Origin: Malacoraja senta
Lineage: Eukaryota
Length of the DNA: 64,000 bases
Assembly (NCBI GenBank): GCA_038087875.1
Contig: CM075977.1
Span: forward strand, 175,150,001 to 175,214,000
Direction of reading: 5' to 3'
Shown here: piece by piece, positions 37,196 to 48,123 of the stretch
Layout of the letters: every line of letters starts with the position of its first letter
How positions within the stretch are numbered: the stretch's first letter is position 1
Position numbers and translations under genes: made by a program
Notes under the pieces: model-generated
Seen by the model: the letters and a program-made list of their open reading frames with translations, nothing else
Databases searched by the model: none
What the model was told of the DNA's origin: nothing

Positions 37196-38221
37196 TATGT
37201 GGATGTGTAATCAAAAAACCTTAGTTGAAATTAAATGCTTGCTAAGTTTTAGATATGCAAAGTGACACTCATTGATACAATCTCTATGTATTTAGCTCCA
37301 GCCTGAGAAGGGTGAAATGAATCCACATTTTTCAAAATCTTCCTTTCTGTCCTGCAATTTATTCCAATTATTCATGTTCAGTCTGAATAAAAAATGTTTA
37401 CATGGGTCACACAAGTCTACATTCACAAATGTTACTTATTTATTTTTCTTCCCTGATTTTAATGCTTTCCACCCTTCTTCTTCTTGCGTTTGAGGCAGCA
37501 GAAGTCTGCAGCTGGGTGATGCCATCCGGTTCGACCCCCCCGCCCTAAAAAGGTCGCAAGCTCCGGGTTGGCGCCAAGCTGCGGCACTGCTGCTGTTTCT
37601 GTTTGTTGTCGTTCACCTGACTGAGGTCAGTTGACAGGGCTCACCACCCTTCATTTATTGTTTTACCTGTACTGCAAAAACACTTGACCCAATCAGTACA
37701 CTACAAGCACCTTCTTCAAAAAATATCCCTCCAAGTCATTCTTATAATCTTTGCACCACCTGACCCATATCTCAGCTGCACTGAACTTCTTTCATCAAAT
37801 TTCACGTCCTGTCCTTTCTCAATGTCATTTTTAATCAATGTATCCCAATCATGTACCATTTCTCATGATCTTATTAGGACAGTCTGGTAGTTATCATTAC
37901 CGAACCTAACCTTTCATTCCATAATTTATTTCTAATATCTCACTGGTTGCAGCCTCAACATCAAGTCCCAGCAAAGTGATGAGTATCAGCTGTGAGGAGG
38001 CAAAATCACTTTACCAGAGTTTGATCAGTGCTAACCTTGCACCCATCCCATTGCACATCTGAACTGATCAGTAAAAAGTATATGAGACAATGAAACCCTC
38101 ATACAGCAAAACTCTAATTTTTTAATAACGACCATTCAGACACCCCAATGGTTCGGCATCTGAATCACGATAATGCTTCCTTTACCCCATTCCACTTATC
38201 GGGCTCCAGTTCCTCTTAGTT

Positions 38222-38503
38222 TTTAAGTTTAGTTTAGTTATACAGCGTGGAAACAGGCTATTCGGACCACCGTCCGCACCGACCAGTAATCAACCAAACA
38301 ATAGTTCAATCTTACACACTAGAGATAATTTACAGAAGCCAATTAACCTACATATTGCAAAACTTTGGAATGAAATCAGAGAATCCAGAGGAAACCCACG
38401 TGGTCACAGGGAGAACGTACAAACTCCAGACAGACAGCAGCTGTAATCAGGATCAACTTCAGTTCTCTGGCGATGTAAGGTGACAACTCTACCAATGCAC
38501 CAC
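38222..38503 (-). mobile_element. tRNA-derived SINE (HE1/V-SINE-like)
   Basis: Reverse complement of the 23721 family with a (ctaaa)n tail. Confidence 0.8.
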
Positions 38504-38594
38504 TCTCTTCTTCCTTTAAATTTACTGGGTTCACTAGAAAATTGATTAGAATAGAGTATAACATCTCAATAAAGTGAATTATAGTTGTCTTAGC

Positions 38595-39500
38595 AGTATT
38601 ATGGAGTCATACAGTGTGGGAACAGGACCTTCGGCCCAACTTGCCCACGCCGACCAACATGCCCATCTACACAAGTCCCACCTGCCTGTGTTCGCCCCAT
38701 ATCCTTCTAAACCTATCCTATCCATGTACCTGTACAAATGTTTCTTAAACGTTGCGAACGTACCTGCCTCAACTACCTCCTCTGGCAGCTTGTTCTATAC
38801 ACCCACAGCCCTTTAAGTGAAAATATGACCCCTTAGGTTCCTATTAAATCTGTCCCCCTTCACCTTAAACTTATGTCTACTGATTCTCGATTCCCCTACT
38901 CTGGGCAAAAGATTGTGTGCATTCACCCTATCTATTTCTCTCAAGATCTTGTACATCTCTATAAGATCACCCCTCATCCTCCTGCGCTCGAAGGAATAAA
39001 ATCCTAGCCGACTCAACCTCTCTCTATAGCGCATGCGTCGAGTCCCAGCAACATCATTGTAGATTTTCTTTGCATTCTTTCCAGGTTGACATCATCTTTC
39101 CTATAACATGGTGACCAATACTGAACACAATATTCCAAATGTAGCCTCACCGATGTCTTATACAACTGAAATATGACCTCCCAGCTTTTATACCCAATAC
39201 TCTGACTGATGAAGGCCAATATGCCGAATGTCTTTTTGACCATGCTATCTGTCAGTGACACCATTTTCAAGGAACTATATACCTGCACTCCCAGATCACT
39301 CTCCTCTTCAACACTCCCCAGAGCCCTGCCAATCACTGTGTATGCCCAGCCCGTGTTGGTTTTTGCAAAATGCAACATCTTACATTTCTCTATATTAAAT
39401 TCCATCAACCATTCCGCTGCCTACCTGTCCAACTGATCATGATCCTGCAGAAATTTTTGACAACCATCTTCACTATCTACAATTCCACCCTCTTTAGTGT
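38595..39500 (-). mobile_element. CR1 LINE 3' part
   Basis: LEYCVQYWSP and ERRRMRGDLIEMYKIL on the minus strand, plus 3' UTR. Confidence 0.92.
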
Positions 39501-40119
39501 ATTAACAGAAATAACATCCAATAACCCAGAAAATTAGTCAGCCAAGCAAAATCTGTATACTTCAAAGCATGGCGTATTTTTCAGTATTATTGTAAACATC
39601 CTCTTTTTAAAATGAAGTCAGTTAACATCGAGTGAAACATCAAATCTGGAATCCTACTAGTTTGTGGGTACAGCTCATCTCTTCTATAATTAATTTGTCT
39701 ATCAGGGAAACCATGTTAATGGTTCTATAATTAATTAATCTATCAGGGAAACCATTGCTCTTAGAGAAAGAACGTATATAAATTTTGGGTCTGCAACGTC
39801 ATATAATCTTGCAATGCTATTAACTGAAGACAAAGACAAAGTGCAGCCATTCACCAGCAAAACATATGAGTTGTACACATCAGATCCTGAAGTGGCACTC
39901 ATGCTTCCACTGTACAATGGCCCTGTCTTTGCTCTGCATTTTGTAACATATGACTGCTGTAATATTGCCATCCAAGAGCCCTGAAAATCTGCAAGTATAA
40001 AAATCCACGATAGTGATAAAATATTGTGTTATATAATAAACAAAGAGAGTTCAAAGAATACAATTAATGCATAACACTTCTTTTGCAGCAGGCTTGAGGA
40101 ATTGATATTGAGCACCTAC

Positions 40120-40246
40120 CAAGACTAGCGTTGTCTTTTGCAATGGTAATGGTTTTCACAAATCTTCTGGCTAAGGACATCCGTTTCCCTTCATTTTCTT
40201 CGATGGAGGATACACTGCAATCACCCAATGAACTTTCCTGTACATC
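40120..40246 (-). CDS. MPDZ: MPDZ coding exon (start of PDZ6), 127 nt, phase 0-1
   Basis: cctttttgaag|GAT ... CTTG|gtaggt; ...FVKTITIAKDNASLG, compare recalled human FERTINIAKGNSSLG. Confidence 0.9.
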
Positions 40247-42568
40247 CTTCAAAAAGGAAAATATTTATTTACAACTTTCAGGTGTGCTCTTTCAAATAAT
40301 GTAAATGCTTTAAAGTAGCATGATGTCAAAGGAAAGTTGGAACTATCTATCTTTGCACGCACCATGTTGCTGCTCGAGTTATCTGCTGCAATTTTGTTTC
40401 CTCCCACTTGGTTTGTCTGTGTGAAAATACCTAAATTATTATAGCTGTTCCTCCGTTTGAACATCATGAGCAGTCTTGGCAAGAGAAGTACTGAGACAGC
40501 TCAACAGACCATGTAAAGTAACAACACATGTCATTTTCAAATAAAACAGGCACCAATGAAATGATAAATAGAAGTTAATAGCCCAGAATTTCTTGGCAGT
40601 TATGAACTGCCATGATCATCATGCTCCAAACTATCATGCAACCCTCTACCACTCTTGAGCCCCATATCAATTGCTTCTCAAGCATACTTTCATTTTTCTC
40701 CTTTAACACATGATCTGTGGCTCAACTGCATTGCTTTCCTATCCATTTTCAATCCCAATTTTAATCAAATTATTCTATACATGTGCCATCTTACTGACTT
40801 GCATTTGCCACGTCTGATGATCCTCTCCCTGTGTAGAAGAATCAGAACGTTTCAATGTCATCATCCATTTAGCTTTTCATTCCAAATTTATCAGATGGTT
40901 GTGTTGCAACTGCATTTATGCAGAAGAATGTTGTGTAAGTAGCTGGTGACATCAGTATTTCTGAAATGCTGAGTTGATTCCAACCCTCCCAGACCACAAC
41001 AATTCAGTTAGTGGATGGGATCAACATAAAGGGAAATCTGCTTTTTAACAATCGGAACAATACATTCCACCTGCATTATTTAAATGGATCTCCAATGACT
41101 TTCAGGTTTGTTAGTGATCTCAAAATGGTGGCAGAAGATAAAGGGCATAGGAGGCAAGTCTGAGAGCTCACCTCCCACAACCTCAGAAAGCATCCTTCCT
41201 TGGTCAGTTCAGGAAGGGGTATATGGTGTCCTCAGCGCACATAAGTGGAAGGATGGCTGCAGGAGGAGACACAGGGTAGTTGCAGTGATCGCAGGTTGTG
41301 GTGTTGGCAGAGGTGGCTGATGAAGGCCTCGCAGCAACCAGGGGAGAGAGCAGATAGAGTGCAGCCTGCAGGAGCTGTACAGAATGGTATTAAAAGGAAC
41401 CGATAGTATCGCACTGGGCAGTTTGATCCTTATATTATCGATTTGCCGGGATACCGGGCCTTAAAGTGAGAAAATAAGAAATTGCACATCGAGATTGGAC
41501 TTTATAGATAGACACAAAATGCTGGAGTGACTCAGTGGGACAGGCAGCATCTCTGGAGAAAATGGATAGGTAATGTTTCAGGTTGGGGGGGAGGGGGGGG
41601 GGGAAGAGAACTGAAAGCGAGAAAAAAATTTGACATTAAAGAGATCTTAGACTTGAAAGTTGCTTGATGGTGTCTGAACGTGGCGACTCTTTGCATGCTA
41701 TCACAGAAGAAATTCTACACACTCATTTCCCTCTTTTGCTTGTGCATGGTTGTAGTCATGTATGGAATAATTTGACTAAACAGCATTCAGAACAAGCTTT
41801 TCACTGTATCTTGTTACACGTAACAATAATAAACTGAATTAAACAGTTCAAACTGAAGTTTTGAATGAGTGAAGATAAGGTAGGCAGTAGAATGTTAGGA
41901 GTATTTAACGATGAATATTTCTGCTAGGGATATATTACTTGCAAAAATGAGAGAAACATGCGGTGCATTTGCTGAGAGATATTATCTTTAATGACCAAAG
42001 ACCGCAATAAGATTGGGAAATATTTTCTAACAATGTATTCATCGCCTTGGTGTTTCACTTCCACATAACATCCTTCTGGATCCATAATCCCTTACCCAAG
42101 GATTGCATACACATGCTTTTGAAATAGATCTAATATAGGACCAAAAATAAATGTATTCGCAAAACTGATGCTAACAGGATGCAAGTGTTAGTGCCCGCAT
42201 GGATAGAAAATGCACAACTGGACTAAGGCATCCTACTCTGTGCTATCCTAATAATCCTTATTGATCAACACTCACTCAGTCCCCAAACATGAAATACAGA
42301 ATCTCTGAGTTTCCCCTAACTTCACCTTTAGTCTTTGTATTAATTTGTTTTATGTGCACCTTTCCTTCTTTCATTACCAATGGCAAGGCAATAAGCTATT
42401 TTGATCCTTCCTCGTCTGCTAAACTATCCATTCTTTACCCATCTGGAATGTTATAGGTTTTATAATAAATCATTTTAAAAGATTGTTCTTTATATCAGAC
42501 CAATATACTAATTAAAAATGTATATTTATATAGTGGCAGTTTAAATGAGAGCAAAGCAGTTTCAATAC

Positions 42569-42700
42569 CTTGTAAAACATTGATGGAAGTGAGAGGTCTT
42601 CACTACATGCACTGCCATGCATGGCCATGGTGGAGGCCTGATGGAGGTCCTCTTCCTCAGATGTCTTTTCATCAGTAAAGTCAGTTTCGGCTGCTTCTAC
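42569..42700 (-). CDS. MPDZ: MPDZ coding exon (PDZ5-6 linker), 132 nt, phase 0-0
   Basis: ttttttag|GTA ... AAG|gtattg; VEAAETDFTDEKTSEEEDLHQASTMAMHGSACSEDLSLPSMFYK, compare recalled human QASILSLHGSSC. Confidence 0.85.
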
Positions 42701-43484
42701 CTAAAAAATCATGTATAGAGAAGCACATGATGTGCACGGAAGAAAAACAAATGACCTATTTTGATCTATTGTCAAAAAAAGCTATTAAACCTGGGTAATA
42801 TTCCCATTATCGGTCAGAAACTTCAGAGAAACAAAGCAGACTATACAGTTGAAGATCAGGGTCTAATGAGACCTGATATTGCTTGAAATTCAGCTCATAG
42901 ATGAATAATTTTCGTCACAAATACATTGAACAAGAATGGTAAGCAGGTAACAATGTTATATGTGCTCTGGTTGGTATTATCTTCTGGTTTGTGCATGGTG
43001 AAAGAAAATTGTTCAATGCAAATATCCCACTCTACTGAAATGCATGGATGTACAATATTTGTATTTTCATTTACACAATCTCAATAGTCAGATGTAACAT
43101 AAATTGATTTCCTGACATGGAATCTCACAAAGAGGAATAGCTTCCCTTTATTTCCCTTATCTTAATTTTAATAGGTTTGGAAGAGGTAAAAGGTTTGTGA
43201 GGACAGCAAGCAATGCAAGATGAAGTCAAGATGAATAAATCTTTTATTCTATGATGTGAGAAACTTGATTAAATTGAATTGTGAAATAGTTGACAGAGTG
43301 TATGGTATAGTTAGGAACACCACTAACTTTCAAATCATACATTTTCCTGACCTAAAAATGTATTATATTTTTTTCATAATTCTTGGATCCAAATCCTAGA
43401 GCTCCCTATAATAGAATGGGAATATCGTCATCAGTAGCTGTTGAAGGTGGCAGCATAGTATTACCTTCTCAAGAATAATTAGGA

Positions 43485-43620
43485 AGATAGACACAAGGAG
43501 ACGTAGATGCTGGAATCTTGAATAAAATACTAAGTACTGGAATAACTCAGCGGGCCAGGCAGCATCTGTGGAGGGAATGGCTAGGTGATGTATCGGGTCA
43601 GGCCCCTTCTTCGGACTGAT
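43485..43620 (-). mobile_element. Penelope terminal-repeat fragment with a decayed hammerhead motif
   Basis: gatgctggaatc...aactcagcggg...ccttcttcggactga. Confidence 0.75.
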
Positions 43621-43689
43621 TGGCATGGCAAATGCCAATGGCAAATGGCATGGCAGAAGAGGAAGTACTGACACTTTTGAAAAATATAA

Positions 43690-45345
43690 AAGTCTCCAGG
43701 TCCTGACAGGATATTCCCTAGGACATTGAGGGAAGTTAGTGTAGAAATAGCAGGGGCTATGACAGAAATATTTCAAATGTCATTAGAAATGGGAATGGTG
43801 CCGGAGGATTGGCGTACTGCGCATGTTGTTCCATTGTTTAAAAAAGGTTCTAAGAGTAAACCTAGCAATTATAGACCTGTTAGTTTGACGTCAGTGGTGG
43901 GCAAATTAATGGAAAGGATACTTAGAGATAATATATTTAAGCATCTGGATAAACAGGGTCTGATTAGGAACAGTCAACATGGATTTGTGCCTGGAAGGTC
44001 ATGTTTGACTAATCTTCTTGAATTTTTTGAAGAGGTTACTAGGGAAATTGATGAGGGTAAAGCGGTGGATGTTGTCTATATGGACTTCAGTAAGACCTTT
44101 GACAAGGTTCCACATGGAAGATTGGTTAAGAAGGTTCAATTGTTGGGTATTAATGGTGGAGTAGCTAGATGGATTCAACAGTGGCTGAATGAGAGATGCC
44201 AGACAGTAATGGTGGATAGCTGTTTGTCAGGTTGGAGGCCCGTGACTAGTGGGGTGCCTCAGGGATCTGTGTTGGGTCCACTGTTGTTTGTCATATACAT
44301 CAATGATCTGGATGATGGTGTGGTAAATTGGATTAGTAAGTATGCAGCTGATACTAAGATAGGTGGTGTTGTGGATAATGAAGTAGATTTTCAAAGTCTG
44401 AGAGAGATTTAGGCCATTTGGAAGAGTGGGCTGAAAGATGGCAGATGGAGTTTAATGCTGATAAGTGTGAGGTGCTACATCTTGGCAGGACAAATCAAAT
44501 AGGACGTACATGGTAAATGGTAGCATGACAGATGGAGTTTAATGCTGATAAGTGTGAGGTGCTACATCTTGGCAGGACTAATCAAAATAGGACGTACATG
44601 GTAAATGGTAGCGAATTGAGGAATGCAGTTGAACAGAGGGATCTAGGAATAACTGTGCATAGTTCCCTGAAGGTGGAATCTCATGTAGATAGGGTGGTAA
44701 AGAAAGCTTTTGGTGTGCTGGCCTTTATAAATCAGAGTATTGAGTATAGAAGTTGGGATGTAATGTTAAAATTGTACAAGGCATTGGTGAGGCCAATTCT
44801 GGAGTATGGTGTACAATTTTGGTCGCCAAATTATAGGAAAGATGTCAACAAAATAGAGAGAGTACAGAGGAGATTTACTAGAATGTTGCCTGGGTTTCAG
44901 CAACTAAGTTACAGAGAAAGGTTGAACAAGTTAGGTCTTTATTCTTTGGAGCGCAGAAGGTTAAGGGGGGACTTGATAGAGGTCTTTAAAATGATGAGAG
45001 GGATAGACAGAGGTTGACGTGGATAAGCTTTTTCCATTGAGAGTAGGGACAATTAAACGAGAGGACATGATTTGAGAATTAAGGGACAGAAGTTTAGTGG
45101 TAACATGAGGGGGAAATTCTTTACTCAGAGAGTGGTAGCTGTGTGGAATGAGCTTCCAGTGGAAGTGGTGGAGGCAGGTTCGATTTTATCATTTAAAAAT
45201 AAATTGGATGGGTATATGGACGGGAAAGGAATGGAGGGTTATGGTCTGAGTGCAGGTAGATGGGACTAAGGGAGAATAAGTGTTTGGCACGGACTAGAAG
45301 GGCCGAGATGGCCTGTTTCCGTGCTGAAATTGTTAAATGGTTATA
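43690..45345 (+). mobile_element. CR1 LINE RT and 3' UTR with an internal tandem duplication of about 85 bp
   Basis: RT motifs in ORFs 43726, 44532 and 45072; 44442-44524 repeated at 44529-44612. Confidence 0.95.
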
Positions 45346-45359
45346 TAGGAAAGTAAATG

Positions 45360-45745
45360 GAGGGGGGTGGAGGTTGGGTGAAACTTTTTTTCAATCTCTT
45401 ACCTAGACGGAAATGCAATTTTTTTCTGTGTCGTATCTCCGTCCCTACTGCGGCCTAACATCGTGGAGTTGCCGGCCTTTCCTGGAGACTGACCCGGCGC
45501 TCCAAGTCGCAGGAGTCTGCGGGACTTTAATATCGCAGAACTTGCGATCCCTTTGCCGGGGATCGAAGTTCCAACCGCGGGGCCTGTGGACTTTAACATC
45601 GTAAGAGGCCGACTCGGGTGCTCCATGCTGAACAGGCCGACGCGGGAGTTTTGATCACCCCGACAGGGGCTTCGACCGCCGGCTGTGGGGGCTTTGACTT
45701 CCCAGAGCGAGGGAGAGCAAAGGGGAAGAAGATTGAACTTTATTG
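45360..45745 (+). mobile_element. Partial copy of the 29213/61597 retroposon family
   Basis: Shared aaacttttt...tcaatct...tgcggcctaacatc segments. Confidence 0.7.
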
Positions 45746-45950
45746 CCGGTGACCAGAAAGACCCTACGACTCTTTGGAGACCTCTCACGACCATACAGGC
45801 GACCCCTGGCGACATGGTCGTGAGAGGTCTCCAAAGAGTCGTAGTGTCTTTCTGGTCGCCGCTGAATTTTCAACATGTTGAAAATTTCGGCGACCTATGA
45901 CGGGTGCCGGCAGTCGCCAGTAAAGGTTGCGTAAGTGGGACAGGCTCTTT
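45746..45950. mobile_element. MITE fragment with an internal hairpin and a GTGGGACAGG terminus
   Basis: ctacgactctttggagacctctcacgaccat / atggtcgtgagaggtctccaaagagtcgtag inverted pair; ends taagtgggacaggctctt. Confidence 0.65.
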
Positions 45951-46521
45951 AAACTCCCAGGTAAATCTTCATGTGTTTCAGGTAATAACATAGAGACTAA
46001 CTTTATTGTGGTTCTGCTTTTTAATTTATACATTTACACCTGTTATCCGTCTAGCAGCGCCTCTTATTATTATGTGGGACATGACAAAGGATTATTCCCG
46101 CTCCCACTCCAACTTCCTCTCTAATGCAGAGGATAAATTGAAAATGTCATTCAACTTTTACAACATATCCTCTTATTGATTCCCAATGTTTCTGTAATCA
46201 CACTTTATTATTTAATCTTTAAAATCCAGGTATCAGGCTAGTAAACATATGCTGCACTCCTCACAAAGCCAATATATTCTGCATAAAAGTGCTGGCTAGA
46301 ATTACTCATATTATACCAGTTGCTCTCTATTAAGCATTATATCGAATTGTGGATTAATTTTTGTGCTGATGAACTCCCTCCCCTTGATCTTAGGTTTGAA
46401 CAATTATTTATACTTTGGTTAAGTGACAATAAATGTGAACTTGAACGAACCAGTTAGTAGGCAGAAAAGCATAGTTATGAAGATGCGCTTATGAACACCT
46501 CACAAAGGAGTATCAACTAAC

Positions 46522-46644
46522 CATTGCTAACTCTGCATGAAAGACAGCAGCATCAGCAGCTTCCTCCTCAACACCATCACAAGGTTGATCAAAGGAGAAT
46601 ATGGATTCTTCATTAGTAGGCCTATCTCCATCCTCTGGAGAAAA
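46522..46644 (-). CDS. MPDZ: MPDZ coding exon (PDZ5-6 linker), 123 nt, or 126 nt from 46647 via a CAGCAG acceptor
   Basis: ctctttcagcag|TTT ... ATG|gttagt; FSPEDGDRPTNEESIFSFDQPC...VFHAELAM resembles recalled human LSPEEGY...LFRADLAL; not in ORF track. Confidence 0.85.
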
Positions 46645-46707
46645 CTGCTGAAAGAGTGAAGTTTGCGTATATCACATGCAGCGGACATGTATAACTGAAA
46701 TTCTATT

Positions 46708-47142
46708 GTTAGTTTAGTTTAGTTAAGATATACAATGCGGAAACAGGCCCTTCAGCCCACCAAGTCCGCACCAACCAGTGATCACCGCACATTAACGCTA
46801 TCCTACACATACTAGAGACAATTTTACTATCCTACACATACTAGAGACAATACCAAGCCAATAACCTACAAACCTGCTGGAGAAACTCAGCGGGTGAGGC
46901 AGCATCTATGGAGCGAAGGAAATTTCCTTCGCTCCATAGATGCTGCCTCACCCGCTGAGTTTCTCCAGCATTTTTGTCTACCTTCAATTTTCCAGCATCT
47001 GCAGTTCCTTCTTGAACCTACAAACCTGTACGTCTTTGGAGTGCGGGAGGAAACCGAAGATCTCGGAGAGTACAAAGTCCGTGCAGATAGCACCTGTAGT
47101 CAGGATCAAACCCTGGCGTTGTAAGGCAGCAACTCTACCGCA
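46708..47142 (-). mobile_element. tRNA-derived SINE interrupted by a Penelope palindrome
   Basis: Head at about 47142 (gcggtagagttgctgcc) and tail (ctaaa)n at about 46710. Confidence 0.85.
46877..47014. mobile_element. Fold-back Penelope mini-element: perfect 96-bp palindrome, 14-bp TSD
   Basis: aacctacaaacctg at 46863-46876 and 47015-47028; arms 46875-46922 and 46923-46970 with no spacer. Confidence 0.93.
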
Positions 47143-47347
47143 GCAACAGTCCCAAGACTGGAAGACTTTGTGTTAATTTTTGAAAAAACTTTTTATTGAT
47201 ATCCTAGTTTTCAATCAAATTTGTAATGGCCTGGCCTCATTGAGAATAAAAGAACTGCATCACATAAAAATGTACTCCATTAAATTGGATATGTTGGAAA
47301 TTCTTGATACATCATATATCATATATATCATATCTATATACTTTTAA

Positions 47348-47349
<2 letters not shown>

Positions 47350-47395
<46 letters not shown>
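47350..47395. repeat. (GT)n microsatellite in the Helitron 5' end
   Basis: Seen directly; a shorter homologous tract lies at about 55350-55368. Confidence 0.95.
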
Positions 47396-47396
<1 letters not shown>

Positions 47397-48123
47397 ATTT
47401 TGCCTTTGAAACTTATTTTCTCGAAAACCAGATGCAAAAAGATTAATTTTTTACATTAACATCTGATTGAATTTCATTGTTAATTTCTTTTTTTCATTGC
47501 ATTGAATTAAATTGTTTCTCATTTAACTCATTATTGTTGATTCGATTGTTTTTCATTGAATTGAATTGAATTATTTCGCACTTAACATCACTAATTCTTA
47601 ACATTAACTTTAATTTCCGACCATTAAAAAAAAAAAAATTGCTGTCTCTTAATTGACAGCTTAGATTAAAAATCATTGGTTTTTTAACTTCGTGAACGTT
47701 GATTTTTTTAGGCTTTTTTTATACAGCATTTTTAAAATTTTTAATTGACGTTAAAATTTCACCCTTCGTTTCTTCTTTGCAATTTTAAAAGTTTGCGGTT
47801 ATTTTAAAGATTCAGTTGATTTGAAAAGGCTCAATTTTTAACAAATTGACAACTCCGATTTAAAAAAATGTTTCATTGTGATTGATTTCATTCTACAGGA
47901 AAGGTTCCATTTTCAAGAAATTGACCTGTTTTCATTGACAACTGAGATTTAAATACAATTTCATTGTGATTGATTTCATTTGATCTGAAAGATTCCATTT
48001 TGAATAAGTTAATCTGTCTTCATTGATAACTGAGTGTATTTGGGCTTTTTTTTAAATCAGAGAGATTCCATTTTGAATGAATTAATCGGTCTTCATTGAC
48101 AACTGAGATTGTGTTTTCAAATC

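Noticed and set aside
39698-39755. Short local duplications (also 9515-9575, 7560-7835, 46798-46851)
   Set aside because: Ordinary small tandem duplications with no further structure
41100-41400. GC-richer segment as the missing MPDZ linker exon or a Harbinger transposase remnant
   Set aside because: The phase-0 frame from the best acceptor hits a stop before a convincing donor; resemblance to a transposase is too weak to call
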